A stretch of DNA of 64,000 nucleotides, from NCBI RefSeq assembly GCF_026210795.1, contig NC_089434.1, positions 4,650,001 through 4,714,000 on the forward strand. The letters run 5' to 3'. Below, piece after piece: positions 1-13,906 of this stretch. Source of the stretch: Rhizophagus irregularis. Its lineage: Eukaryota. Each line of letters starts with the position of its first letter. The first letter of the stretch is position 1. Made by a program: the position numbers and the translations under genes. The notes below the pieces were generated by a model that saw only the letters and a list, made by a program, of their open reading frames with translations, searched no databases and was not told where the DNA came from.

Positions 1-1222
1 AAAAGAACAATTAAAAAGAAACATACGTCAGCAGAGTCAATAAAATTAAAAAATGGAGACCAGTAGCTTATATTGATAATGCTTTTATATAAATAAAGAA
101 AAGAATTTTATTAATTATATAAGTTACAAATTGAAATATTGATATTATCAATGTCAAATACAATTTAATAAAATAAAGTTAAAAGTTAGGTATAAAAACG
201 CGTATAAAAATGTATTAAAAATATTAAAACATGAAAATACCTATATTTTCTTCGTATAACATTGAAATTTAGGTTATTTTCACGGCAATTTTACGAGAGT
301 AAACGCGCGTTTTGACTTTTGAAGAAATTTTTTTTTCTGGGGTACACGTGAAGTTACACGTGAACACACCTGTTTTTGTTACACAAGATTCGAAGTTGTT
401 TACTAGTGAAGATGTCATTTGAGTGAGAACTGAGAAGTTTTTCAATAACTGAATCGAAAAATAGAGCACAGTATGTTTACAATTTTAAAATTATAAATGT
501 TAAAGTCTAATGAATAAAATTATATATACTGTAGCTATTTTTTTAATATATAGGTTTCGTACCGTAACTTTGTAGCTGGGAATCAGGCTTTAAAGTGAAT
601 GTATGCGAAAACATTTTTATGAAGTTTTTCATACTTCAATGTAAGAAAATAGGATCATATAAAAAATGTTTTCAGAACGTAAAATCATATTTTTAATTTC
701 TGATTATTTAAAGATTTAAGAAAATTATGTACAATATGTACGTAAGTTATAAATAAGTTTTTGAATGTTTATTAATTATATATTACAATAAAGAATTCTT
801 AATTATAATAATTGATTCTAATCCAGTCGGGATTCAGATGAAGGAAGACAAACGGCCTGTGGAATCAAAGACCTATGGATTTGCTGATTACAATACCCCC
901 AAAGCTTCTACTTACAAGAAACCTCTGCTTCAAAATCTACTCTATATCGCTCTCAATCATTACGGCTTGATCGAAAAAAAAACACCAAATTTGAAAACGA
1001 ACCAATGTTAACAACTAAGGAAAGAATACAAACAAGTTACTACTCCTGGGCATTCGAGAAAAACTACAGAAGTAACATCAAAGGCAATAACTGAAAAGCT
1101 CTCAAACAAAGATTGATGATGATGGTTGATTTTGAGAAAAAGAATCAAAGTCACTTTAACTCCAAGAAAACGAAACGTGAACAAAAGTAGTATTACATAA
1201 TCTAATAATCGTACTATTACAT

Positions 1223-2260
1223 CTTTCTTTGACTTCTTGGGCAAAAGATTTTGATGAATGTTCGGTAAAACTCCACCTTGAGCAATCGTAACATGACCGA
1301 GCAACTTATTCAACTCGATAATTCAATCCAAACTGCACCTTTCTTTGACTTCTTGGGTAAAAATTTTGATGAATGTTCAGTAAAACCCCACTTGAGCAAT
1401 CGTAACATGACCGAGCAACTTATTCAACTCGATAATTCAATCCAAACTGCTCCTTTCTTTGACTTCTTGGGCAAAAGATTTTGATGAATGTTCGGTAGAA
1501 CTCCACCTTGAGCAATCGTAACATGACCGAGCAACTTATTCAACTCGATAATTCAATCCAAACTGCACCTTTCTTTGACTTCTTGGGCAAAAGATTTTGA
1601 TGAATGTTCGGTAGAACTCCACCTTGAGCAATCGTAACATGACCGAGCAACTTATTCAACTCGATAATTCAATCCAAACTGCTCCTTTCTTTGACTTCTT
1701 GGGCAAAAGATTTTGATGAATGTTCGGTAGAACTCCACCTTGAGCAATCGTAACATGACCGAGCAACTTATTCAACTCGATAATTCAATCCAAACTGCAC
1801 CTTTCTTTGACTTCTTGGGCAAAAGATTTTGATGAATGTTCGGTAGAACTCCACCTTGAGCAATCGTAACATGACCGAGCAACTTATTCAACTCGATAAT
1901 TCAATCCAAACTGCACCTTTCTTTGACTTCTTGGGTAAAAGATTTTGATGAATGTTCGGTAGAACTCCACCTTGAGCAATCGTAACATGACCGAGCAACT
2001 TATTCAACTCGATAATTCAATCCAAACTGCACCTTTCTTTGACTTCTTGGGCAAAAGATTTTTATGAATGTTCGGTAGAACTCCACCTTGAGCAATCGTA
2101 ACATGACCGAGCAACTTATTCAACTCGATAATTCAATCCAAACTGCACCTTTCTTTGACTTCTTGGGCAAAAGATTTTTATGAATGTTCGGTAAAACTCC
2201 ACCTTGAGCAATCGTAACATGACCGAGCAACTTATTCAACTCTATAATTCAATTCAAACT
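1223..2260 (-). repeat. H2A: Tandem array of 9 x ~116-bp units, each a histone H2A C-terminal exon fragment plus ~20 nt of upstream intron
   Basis: The marker GACTTCTTGG recurs at 1231, 1347, 1461, 1577, 1693, 1809, 1925, 2041 and 2157 (period 116, one unit 114). The minus strand of the units reads [31 protein letters not shown], with minor variants, which is the conserved fungal H2A C-terminus. Confidence 0.95.
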
Positions 2261-3539
2261 ATAACAAAATTCTGAATCATAATTCACAAAAAAGTAAAAA
2301 TTAATAATATAAACAAGAAAGAAGAATTCTTTAAGTTATTTGTTGACATTGCTATCCGGCACCAGAATCTATCTACTAGAATACATATATATTAAAAATA
2401 AATACAAATTATTTTGATTTCATACACTTGGTTTTGATTTTCCATCAAATTGGTCTAAGTATCCAATTACTATCATCTGATTTTTTATTTAGAATAACTA
2501 AGACAACAAATGAAATTTAAATAATCTGATTACTTGTCATAAATAAAGCTATCAAATTAGCAAAAAAACGAGATATTTTTTAAAAAAATAACGCTAATTA
2601 TGGAATTTGTATTTAACCTCTTAAATCTCCAATTTTTTGTTCAATTTTGTAACGACAATTTAAATACTTGATTATTAATCTTGACATAGAAGAGTCGTAC
2701 GTATGTACTAATGAAAAAAATCATACATACATATATAATCATAAAATCACACCCCATAATTGACCTGATCAAGGTGTATGATTATTGATTTTAGAAGAAC
2801 ATATGGCTATAACCTTGTCTCTGATTGTTGATTAAAGTTTTTGTTGATTCTCTAATCCTGCAGATCGAATTATAAGAATATTTATTTGAGAAAAATTACG
2901 CATCTAAAATGCAAGCTATTACATTGAAACAAATTGTTATAATATACTAAATACCTCTTTGAGGGTCTTCAATACCTTGGAACTGCATTTTACAATACCA
3001 AGTGTAATTAAATAACAAAAACGGTATTTATAATTTTTTGTTTTAACAGTTTATGATCATCTTGTTTAATATTAGTTATTACATATTTTATCAAGCTCCT
3101 TCACAAAACCTTTTGCTTAATAATTAATAATTATTAAATGTTATTCATGATAAGCAAATAATGAAATTACTTGACAACATATTAAGAACATGAGAATAAT
3201 AGTGGGATATATTTGGATGATATAACACTTCATAGAAAGGAATCAACTATGAATATTTCATTACAATATTTAGTTTCAATGATTGTAGCTTCACTGAACT
3301 TGAAAGAAATTAGACCAATGAATGTAACATTTAATAAAGACATTATGTAAAAAAGCATTAATAATGTTACGGCAAGAAAATATATAAACAGTAATGTTTT
3401 TTAAAAGATCAACAAAAAACACAAACAAGATTTTATACTTTGTATGTTACACAATATCTGATATAGTATTGCGAATTTTTTTTTGATTATTTAATATCAA
3501 AAAAATTTTCATATAACGGTTACAGTATATGTCTCTAAA

Positions 3540-3670
3540 GATTCCAAGTTGCTGCAACTTCTAACCAGGATTAGTTATATAAACACCGCCAACGGTCTAA
3601 TTTCTGATGAACACTTAATTACAAGATCACCGCACTCAACTGTTGAAAATTACCAGATGGGCACGTGTAC
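3540..3670 (+). pseudogene. Short remnant of a DIRS-type tyrosine recombinase
   Basis: Its reverse complement aligns with 54830-54980 (shared GCGGxGATCTTGTAATTAAG, TTCATCAGAAATTA, CAGCAACTTxGAATC), which encodes the LCPY..LFLITRSP YR segment. Confidence 0.55.
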
Positions 3671-5541
3671 TCAAATTTTATCGCATTTGGTGTAGATATT
3701 TGCAAAGTAACGTAAAAATATTTGTATCACTCAATCTCAAACTGATAATCTCATATTACAATTTCTCGTAAGGGCAAAAAGGTATTATTATCTGAAGCTA
3801 GAGTTTTGTATCGCTATGTTGTATTTGTTCTATAATTTGTTGAGAATTGTTTAATCATACTTGCCTTATTTTATTACGCAGAGGAAAAGGGGGAATAGAA
3901 GAGCAATGGTAAAGAAATATGACGATAACAAATACTTTAGAGATTATGTGTCCACCGAAATTCAGAAGTTAAAAATGTTAAAAGCTATTTGGGAATTGTT
4001 TTTAAAAAAAAAGGTTGTATGTTATGTGAAGATTTGAAGTATAGTAATTGAAAAATTTTTTTATTCACAGTATTCATAATATGAGATGCAGTAAAGGAAG
4101 TGACTCAAAAGAAAGTAGAGGAGATTAAAAATAAATTGAAAGCGGTGAAAAGTTAATCAATAATCCTGTCTTTGCGCTTGATAAATCGATCAACAACGCA
4201 ATCATGTGAGAACTTAATAGGTATTGAACATGAAAGACTGATGGAATCTAGGACCTAACATATTAGCAACAGATACATACAAAGCGGATGCTAAAAAAAA
4301 TGTGAATAATTAATCAAGAAAAGAATCAGGGCCACAGAAGAATTTGGACACGAATTGAAGGAAAATGATCTCATATATAATGAGGAAGATAGATTTGTTA
4401 GGCATACTCGACAGTAAATGATGATAAGAAAGAACAGTTGTGAAGGAAGTAATTATTTTTGGATAGTATTCTCCATCCGTTTAATCTTATCCATAGGAAT
4501 CTGATGGATTAAATATACATTAATTCCAGAAATTCACATAAGGTATCTTTAGAGGGGGGGATTTTAAGAAGGAGTAATTTCAAATGCTACGAGAATACTC
4601 ATAGTAAAATAATGTATGGTTAATTCAATTGTAAGGAATAAAGAATATTTTGAAATAAATTTTTTAATTACTAGAGTAGATCTTTATTTTTATTAATAGG
4701 TGTCAGTTAGGAACCTAACATGACTCGAATTTAAGCAAAATATTAATACAAGATCAAAATTGAACACTAAACTACTATTTCTAAAATAATCTACTCAAAC
4801 CGGTGGATACATCTGGGAAGAAGGCTTATTGTGAGAATACCACAGCACAAAAACCATAAGAAGACCACTACCTCTAACACGCCAAGTCCAAAAACCCAGG
4901 TGAGGTGAAGTCCGTACCCGTAGATTAACCGTAATAAACTAAAACCGCCAGCCCCTGGTTGGTAATGGTAAATACTCCCACACTGGTCGATAAAAATAAA
5001 TCCCCCAAGTGACTAATTAATTACTAGAATAGACCTTAGAACCTTATTATGAATTATGATCATAAAAGAGCACCTGAAAATGATGGCTCAGATTATTTAT
5101 ATAGTAGAAAAATGTTATAGCATGGTGAGTTGACTTATTAAAAATGATCTAATTTTTCAATATACTGCAACGTTTGTTTTAGTATTCTTTGTATATAAAT
5201 TATTTTATTTTATTTTAATTAAAATTTCTAATCACATTTCTTTTCAAGTGTCTTGTTTGCTTTAGTATCTTGCTCGTTACAATTAACATGCCTACATTGG
5301 AGTATCGTTAAATGAAGACGATTTCTCAAGTATGTTGTCGAGTTTGTTAGCAGCATTCAAAGCACGTATATTGAAAGAGATAGATGTGAGAAATTTTTAT
5401 TATATAAATTAATTATTTTATTATAGACTATTTGGCATAAACCATTCTGTCTTGTGCTGGAGGCAGTCAGTGAGGCAGTCGTGTAGCAGGATTGATTCAA
5501 GAGTAAGAGGACAATATAAGGAAAAACTGGTGGCCAAAATC

Positions 5542-5700
5542 GGGCCAATCAGTTTTCTTTTTTGAGTGAATTTGTTAACATATTATTGCAGTTATTATTC
5601 TAAGGATCCCTTCATCAAACAAATTGAAATTTCTCAATAATATTTATAATATGTCTTTAGTTCTTTATCAATATTTTTGAAGCGAAAAACTGATTGGCCC
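5542..5700. mobile_element. 159-bp MITE with GGGCCAATCAGTTTT terminal inverted repeats
   Basis: Perfect 15-bp inverted repeat at 5542-5556 and 5686-5700; flanks AAATC / AAATT. Confidence 0.55.
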
Positions 5701-7711
5701 AAATTAAGAATGAATGGTTAGAATCCGTTATTGGGATGATAGAAGTTAGTATTCGACATTTTCCTTGTTTTTAAAACTAGGTTGTTTTAGGCATGAATTT
5801 CTTATTATCTTAAGACACTTTATATTCAAACTTACATTAACGAACTCAAATAAATTCAACGGTTAGTGTTATATTTTTCAAATGATCCTTTCAACTCTGG
5901 ATCAGTTTTTATCAGCTTCTATAGTTGGATCTTGAAGCAATCACAACTAGGATTGGCTAGGATATAATTTGAAAATTCCTAATAGAAAAAATTATGAAAA
6001 TTGATATATTGTTACTAATTAATTGGAAAATAAAATCTTAATAATGAATATTTGATAAATATGGATAAACATGTTTATAAAAAAAGAAGTGATAAATTAT
6101 TAAAGTTATAATCGATATTTAAAATCATCAAATTCATCTCATATCTAAATACTGGGTGCGTTTACAAATTCATTTGAATCGACGCCTCAATGCAACAAAT
6201 TACAAAATCAATTTGAGTTGATCAACCAGATTGGCCGGATGGATCGGCAATTCAATCTAAATCCAATCTGATTGAATTTGTAACGATCAAACAAATGATT
6301 TATCATGGTAATAACTTACTATTATTATTTATTATAGCGTCAACACGTTAGAATCATAGTTCGCACCAAATTTTATTAGCAATTAGATATACTGTATATG
6401 AATCATCTTGTATAGTTCTTCAATTATCAAGAAAAAAATTTCTTTATAGAGTCTAAACATTAATATTTTTAGGAAATTTTTACCGCAGTATTTGAAGTAT
6501 TTAGTTAAAATAATTTACATCTACCACAGCCGGTATCACATATCTAGGAGAAATTCGCATGACCGCTCAATCATTAATAACTTATAATTTTATTCGCTTG
6601 ACCTTGCATCTATATTTGTAAAAGAAATTGACAGCATATAGACATGAAACTTTGTGCTACTGAAACCTATTGTTAGCTTAATATATCATGAACTATATAC
6701 ATTATACTTTACTACTTGTAAAAAATAAAAATTTTTGTTATTGAACCACATTACCACGTTTTATGATTGTATGTAACTCGAAACCATTAATAACAATCTG
6801 TAATGCATTTTTAAACATATTATTCTGTTCTATAATGCTTGTCACACCAAAAAATAATATTATCACTTATAATACAATGAAACATGAAATTTTGTGACAT
6901 AATAATCATTTATTTGTAACATAAGTATTTGTTCAGTCTAAAACCGGAAACAATGATGAAAATCAATATTTTTGAATCGGATTACTCGGATATTTTACAT
7001 TTCCTTATTTAACAATGTCATTACAAATTTATATATCTCGTATTTTGAAAATGTGAAAAGTTTCATTTCTTTAAAAGGGACTGAAGGTTAGGAAAGTTTT
7101 GTAAATTTTAAATAATTCAACGCGTCAAGTTTCAAATTGAAAATTTGTTTGAAAAAATATTGGTATTATTCCCTAATTTGAAACTGATAAAAATTGATAT
7201 ATCCTATATGTATGACAATATGGCTGGGAAATCTTGGATTTTTCACGATAATTTTAATCATAAAATTAATAAAAATATTAAATTGTGATTTGATACAAAT
7301 GAACTCACAAATTAACGGCCGACAGTCATGTGATCGGATTTAAAAGAAAATTAAGTACTTTCAATAAATCTTTAAATGGGAAATAAACAATCGTCTTTGT
7401 GTTCATAGAAAATGACTAATCTTTTTTCTCTTTTTTCAAGTATTGACAATGCTCAAATTGTGAGCCCCTATTATACAGTATATGTTAGACATTATAAATT
7501 AAAGATATCAGATATATGGTAATACTTTAATTAAACAAAGACTTCTATTAATGTCTTAGCTGATAAAAATCGTTTTTTTTTGTATAAAAATGGATCGTAT
7601 TCATTTAATTTTTGACCTTCATTATTTTTTTCAATTTTCTCCATTACATACATATTACTATTTTTTTTTGTTATATTACAATCCATACATACAATATTTA
7701 TCCTTCACAAC

Positions 7712-9415
7712 ATGAATCATCTTTCCGCGGACATTCTCCTTATAATTTTTTCTGAATTAAAAGACGACATCGCATCTTTACGTTCGTGTATTCTGGTAGA
7801 TAAATTCTGGTGCCAGTTAGCGATGTGTGTCTTGTGGAAATATTTTTTATTTGGTCCTAAATTTAAAAATCAAGAAACACGTGAAAAATTCTATAATACT
7901 ATCGCCCATTTTTTGCCTAATAATCCAGAAAGCCCTTTGTCCAAAAATAATATTATATTACCTTTGAATAAACTTCCAAAGGAACCAACGTTTGAATACA
8001 TGCTTTATTTTACTCGTATGTCGTCATTTATGGTTGGTGATATGGTAAACTTTTTAATCAATGAAGAGGACAAACAAAATATACTAGAAGAAGAAATTTA
8101 TAAATTAATTTTTGATAAATGTAAAAATGTAAACCAATTCTGCTTTCATACTACTAGAGAAATATGTTCTTACCCAAATGCTAAGAATTTTTTTTCAAAT
8201 TTGAACAACCTTAAACTTAGTTTTGAGAAAGGTGAGAATAATATAATTTTAAATATATTATGCGAACTAACCAAGATTTGCAAATGTATCGAAGAATTGG
8301 ATATAGACTATATTCGTGAAGAATCTCTAGATTTAGCTTTATTTATCGAGGTGCAAAATAAACTGCAGTCCTTGAGTTTACATTTTGTTGATGATGATGA
8401 TGATGATGATAATAATAATAATGACGATGATGATAATAATGACGATGATGATAATAATGACGATGATGATGATAATGACGATGATGATAATTATGATGGT
8501 GATAATAATTATGATGACAATAATTATGATGGTTATAATAATGATGATGGTGATGATGGTGATGATGGTAGTGATAACGATGGTGGTGATGGCGACAATA
8601 ATAATGACGAGGAGAAGGAGGAAGAACTATACCCACTATTAAGTGACGTGGTAGCAAATAAGGCTGCCAAGTTAAAAAAAATTATATTGGTATCATATGC
8701 TACCCTCATAGATCCAAGATTTCTTACAAGTTCAGTGAAGCTACAATCATTGGAGCTAAATAATGATTTTGGTAATTATAACGTAAACTGGAAGTATTGG
8801 GAAAGCTGTTTGGATAAAGCTTCTTTTCCGGATCTTCAATACCTTGTAACTTCGTTTTTGCCAAGTGGTATTGAAAGGTTAATAATTGAAAAATCCGGTA
8901 CGAACATTTTACAAATTGAAATACGCTTTCCACATAATGAGTTTGAAGATTATCCGGACCAAAATAATCAACTGATTGTGGCAATATCGAAAAAATGTCC
9001 ATATCTAAAAAAGTTAACTATAAATATTGACCCTACAAATTTGATAGAAATTTACAGAATTTTTTGTAATTGTAAACAATTAGAAAAAATAAACTTTACA
9101 GCGGATGTATATGATCCCAAAGTTGATGTTGTTTCTATCCGCAAAGTCGTAGATCCTAATGGAGACGAATTATTAAGGATTATAAGTAATGTATCTCCTA
9201 AAACTATAAGAAAATTTTCATTTGGATACAAATGGAATTTCACATTAGAAGGGCTAGAATCATTTTTTGAAAGTTGGAAATGCCAAAAAAGATTTCCAAT
9301 TAAATTTGAGGGTTATTGGGAGATAGGTAGTACATGGACAAATAAACACGATGAGTTGGTGGCTAAGTATAAAGATGAGGGGATAATTACGATTCCGATA
9401 AAAAAAATAAAGTAG
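7712..9415 (+). CDS. F-box-like / LRR (RNI-like) protein, 567 aa, with an internal Asp/Asn-rich tract
   Basis: Uninterrupted ORF. F-box-like N-terminus LSADILLIIFSEL...SLRSCILVDKFWC; degenerate LRR motifs (CKCIEELDI, LQSLSL, CPYLKKLTI, CKQLEKI); C-terminal WNFTLEGLESFFESW motif of the type seen in expanded AM-fungal F-box/LRR genes. Confidence 0.9.
   Translation: MNHLSADILLIIFSELKDDIASLRSCILVDKFWCQLAMCVLWKYFLFGPKFKNQETREKFYNTIAHFLPNNPESPLSKNNIILPLNKLPKEPTFEYMLYFTRMSSFMVGDMVNFLINEEDKQNILEEEIYKLIFDKCKNVNQFCFHTTREICSYPNAKNFFSNLNNLKLSFEKGENNIILNILCELTKICKCIEELDIDYIREESLDLALFIEVQNKLQSLSLHFVDDDDDDDNNNNDDDDNNDDDDNNDDDDDNDDDDNYDGDNNYDDNNYDGYNNDDGDDGDDGSDNDGGDGDNNNDEEKEEELYPLLSDVVANKAAKLKKIILVSYATLIDPRFLTSSVKLQSLELNNDFGNYNVNWKYWESCLDKASFPDLQYLVTSFLPSGIERLIIEKSGTNILQIEIRFPHNEFEDYPDQNNQLIVAISKKCPYLKKLTINIDPTNLIEIYRIFCNCKQLEKINFTADVYDPKVDVVSIRKVVDPNGDELLRIISNVSPKTIRKFSFGYKWNFTLEGLESFFESWKCQKRFPIKFEGYWEIGSTWTNKHDELVAKYKDEGIITIPIKKIK
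8388..8625 (+). repeat. In-frame GAT/AAT/GGT trinucleotide low-complexity tract (poly Asp/Asn/Gly then Glu)
   Basis: Directly visible; includes short GACGATGATGATAATAAT repeats. Confidence 0.9.
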
Positions 9416-10139
9416 CGCCTGTAGTTTAATAGTGTTCAAAAGAAAATCAAAATTCGTACGTTTAATAATAATTAAATAAAATAAAATACATACATTTTGG
9501 TCTAAATCATGTTAAATTTCGAATTTTCAAGCTGACGTCACACTAATTCCACGTTTAATGCTATTATAACTATAATTCGGTAAATTAATTGTAAAAGTAA
9601 GAAAAATAATGAAGTAAAAAAATTACTTTTTTTGAGAAAAACTCCTCTTTTTTTTGAAATAATTTACCAAATTATTCGCACATTCATTTGAGTTATTTTT
9701 TTAAAAATTATTTAAAGATGTCAGATAAAGAAATTTTGAAACACAAATATTCATTTGGTGGCTCCGAAAATGCAACTTTTTTTTCATTTTAGAATCAAAT
9801 CTCGTATATTTTACTCGTATAATTCACTATAAGATCATGCGACATATTTCTTTGCATATTTCAAATATATTTACATATTTAATTAATTGGTTTATACAGT
9901 AAATATTTTAATATATCTGATATTAATTACCTTTCGAATATTCTAGAAGTCAATTATATCACGGGTTTTATTTGTGCTATGGAAAGGTCACACAAACAAT
10001 AACTTTAATCTGTGTTTGAAATTTTAGTTTGCGCACAATTTCTAATTGGACGATTTTTGTACGATTGACGCGATAAAATAAAATTAAAATAATTCTAAGA
10101 TTTGCTTATATTACTATTAATACGTTGTACATGTTTAAT

Positions 10140-11150
10140 TTCCTATTGATCGAACGCTTTATTCCAAACTCTTCAATATTATCAGACATCATTAAATGCA
10201 TATTATGTATTTCAACATTCATTCTATTACGTAATCTGGTTTTGTTAATTTGTGTTGAAAGAATATTCTTTTAACACTAGCAATTGTAAAGGGAACCGGT
10301 AACGTAATATTATTACTAATGTTAATATTTGGATATTAATTAATAATTGAAAACGAGAATTCCAAATATGATACCACCCATTATTCATATCATATTCTCA
10401 TTGCATGTTTGATTATTCCCCAAACTGTACCATCTGATTTATTTTTATCCTCAAAATATTTGTTTAAAATTTCATCCATATGAAACTAATTCACTTTTGC
10501 ATACTAATTTAGAATAGGTACATTATTATATACATTTGTGTTTACAGGTGTATATCGCTGGAGGACGTTCGAAGATGTTTAATAAATAAAGTAAAAAATT
10601 TTTTTTTAATTATATAAACAAGTTAATGATAAATTCCTTTGAGATATATATTACGGTGTGGCGGAAATCGGACTTGTAAATTATGAATTATTGCTTTTAC
10701 AGATTTAGCAAAATCATTTGCTATATACTGTAGTTGTTATTCAATGAGTTTTTAAAGAAATGGAACCTTGTTGAAAGATTTTGCATAAAATGGCATAAAA
10801 TGGAAAAAACTTATTATCCATGGATACATGGTTGTTAATTTGAATAAGATCTAGTAATTCTAACATTTTTGTAGTCTGATCCTTATCTCTCTGGTCATTA
10901 ACATTTCAGTTTATACGATCAAAATTCAGTGCATCAATTACAGAATCTCATTGGATAAAGATAATACTAATATTAATTGTGAATCATGATTCATTTCTTG
11001 GATCATTTTTAAATTTGTCATCCTTTTATATGATCCACTAAAATATAAATATAATTCCTTACATGTAGTTTCATTTTGTTCATTGCATCTCTTCTAGCCA
11101 ATTTGAAGCCTGGGATGGACATTTGACTTCGTATCAAATTTTTTAAATTT
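10140..11150 (-). pseudogene. Possible highly degenerate protein-kinase pseudogene
   Basis: Scattered frame-shifted motifs loosely resemble EWIPY..FK.I, ..GL..IH, IIHxDF and PE...YT in the expected order. There is no open frame. Confidence 0.3.
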
Positions 11151-12859
11151 TTTGGTTAAACTTCTTTTACGTACTACCATAACGATAGGCTAGTAAGGCT
11201 ACTCATTAGAAACAAATGATAATAATATGGATAATGGATTTAAATTAGTCAATAATGTTACTGTTTAATTAAAAGAGTAGTAAGTGCAATAAAGGAAAAT
11301 GGAATTTATTTTTTTAGTACATAAAACTAAATAATAATTTTTGAGTTTCCGTCAATGACTTAACGCAACACAACTTGAAGATACTGTACGTTACTAACAA
11401 ATGTCTGCACCCCTATAACTATATTTTTTTTAAAAAATAAAATTCTCATATGAAAGGCTCATTAGTTGTTATCATCAGGAAGTTTTTGATGGTGTTGAAA
11501 AACGCCATGTATTGCTCAACACCAAAAAACGTAAGGAAACGAACCCTTTGTATCTCAACGCCACTTAAAAACGTTTAAAAACGCGCAGTACAACGGTGTT
11601 TTATGTGTAAATCAACATACAATAAAACGGCAGTTTTAAAATGTATATATAGTGTATATAATATTATAATTACATAATGCGTATAATGTATATAAATAAT
11701 ACATGATATATAAAATTACAGTATGTAGTTTAATCATCCCATAATATATAATTACCATTGCTCTTCTAAATCAGTTACAACCCGATCTTAAAGCCCTAAA
11801 CCTATAAGAAAGAAAGAAACGTTAGTAGAACGTTTCTGATAATAAAAAATTGAAAGTTTCGTAGCGAAAGTTACGAGATTTACCCTTTTCAATTCTCAAA
11901 ACTCTAAAGACCTGAACCTACAGTACAAACCGAAGCCTACAAAAAAGAAAAAAAGGAAACGGTAACAAACGTTCCCTAAAAAAAATCAATAAATTTAAGT
12001 TTCGCAACGAAAAAACTCAAACTCCCAATGCGAAACTCTCCAGAACCTATATGAACAAATAGAAAAAATTAATAAAAATAAAAATAAAAATAAAAATAAG
12101 ATAAATAAATATCGAAGTTAATTTCGAAACTTACCATCAAATCCAAAGCCTCGACCGAAGTTAGAATCTACAACCATTTTCACTTTTCCCATTCACCCAA
12201 TACGCCAAAAGTCCTAAAAATAAAATTAAAAAGTGGAGTTACACTAAACTTACAGTACACAATGCCGAAACCAGCCAAGAAAATTTTGGAATCTTTGCGC
12301 AGTGTGGCTTCTCCAACTACAAGAATAATTAAGGGAATTCATTAATCTTGGTCCTAACTAGAGACATCGTAGTGGTAAGATACGCTTTGGCCAATTTATC
12401 AGCTGAACTCTTATAATGTCGGCAAAGGTTTCCGCCACAATGATAAATAATTTGATAATAAGTCTTGTCAAAAAGAGAAGTTGGAGTGAGTTCAGATTGA
12501 AGATTGAAGGAATGACGGATTATGGTGAGTCAATTAAGTTCAACGATCCTGCTAAATGAACTGAATAAATGAATAAGCCGCCTAAAAAGCGAACTGTAAG
12601 TATTCGTCGTTAAAATAATTAAATTAAAGAAAACGAAAAAAAATACGCGTCCAAACTAACCTAAAGAAAATCCGTCTAAAAGAAAAAAGAAAGAAACGTT
12701 AATAAACATTTTAAAAGAATGGTTTTGAAAAAAAAAAATAAGAAAATCCCTACCAAATTCCTACGAAACCCTACGCGAAAATTAACCGTCTAAAGGAAAG
12801 AAAAATATGAAACGTTAGCGAATGTTTCATCGGACTTGATTACTTGTGTTACACCATAT

Positions 12860-13900
12860 ACACGTGCTAATCCGGCTTGATAATCTTAATTTTAGTAATC
12901 AGACGGAGATCAAAACTTCTACTTCCCAAGAATCCTCTGCTTTAAGATCTTTACTTCTACACAACATAAAACCAAAGATTTATGTTGATGCCGATTTTGT
13001 ACTTGAACTCCCGAGCAAACGAAACGTGGACAAAAAAAGCGGTATATAGCGCCTCTGAAAGAGACTTTTGATGCAATTTCTGCAATTGTTTCACTCGCAT
13101 CATCTAAAACCGTACAATCGTGTTCAGAAACTCTTGGAAGATTTGGAAAGATGGCTTAGCAACCGAGATAAAGGTTTCAAATTTAAGAGCAAAAAGAATG
13201 AATGGTTACATCATTTAATTTCTGGCTGTCCTAGAAATGGATATGGATATTGCAAATACTCAATAGTTGAGCTTAACAAAAAAGATTGGAGCACATTATC
13301 AAAATAACAAAAAAAATACGTCGATTACCGTTCAACGATAAAGCTGCCGATGCAATGTCCTATATAGCTGATAAAGAGTTAAAGAGAATGGAATCATACA
13401 CTATTGCGACTGCACATTACGTCTAATAATTACGTGATCAAAATGTTCATCTGAAGGCTAATCTTAGCGCAGCTCAAACTGCAAAAGCCAAAATCTTCGC
13501 TCGCGGAATTATGTCGGATTTGAACGATGATGTCAATGAGATACAACAAATTTATTTGATCGACTTAAAAAGTAAACGTTTGGTTTACTTATTGTTGTTC
13601 AGGATTAGTAAGGAACTAAATACAGAGTCGGCCGTGAACTTGACGAATTGGTCAAACCCTTGGCTTTTTGTGTATAGTAAGGAGGTGGATTGGCTAATGT
13701 TAACTAGAAGATAATGAAAGCTATATTCTTTTCGAAAAGCTCTTATTAAGCCTTCAGTTGGCCAAAAACTGATGGTATGAATTATACTATTAAGCAATCA
13801 AAATACAATGACGTAATCAATGATGATAATCTTGCAAAGGACCGGCCTCCTCGGGACGATGTAATGCATGTAGTGGAGTCCTTCTATATTCCTAAGAGTT
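12860..13900 (+). mobile_element. Decayed coding remnant, possibly gag-like part of a DIRS element; related to 800-1200
   Basis: CTTCTACTT..CAAGAA.CCTCTGCTT and AACTCC..G.AAACGAAACGTG.ACAAAA occur at both ~905-1185 and ~12915-13035. It lies upstream of the YR remnant. Confidence 0.35.
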
Positions 13901-13906
13901 GGACCG

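Noticed and set aside
1008..1484. ORFs 1008-1313 (-) and 1278-1484 (+) as real genes
   Set aside because: They are by-products of the array: read-through from the last unit and an antisense frame.
1223..2260. CRISPR array or intact histone gene cluster
   Set aside because: There are no unique spacers and no cas genes, the context is eukaryotic, and the units hold only the H2A tail.
8343..8657. His-rich and Met/Ile-rich ORFs (also 15372-15760 and 54185-54421)
   Set aside because: They are alternative frames of the GAT/AAT trinucleotide tract.
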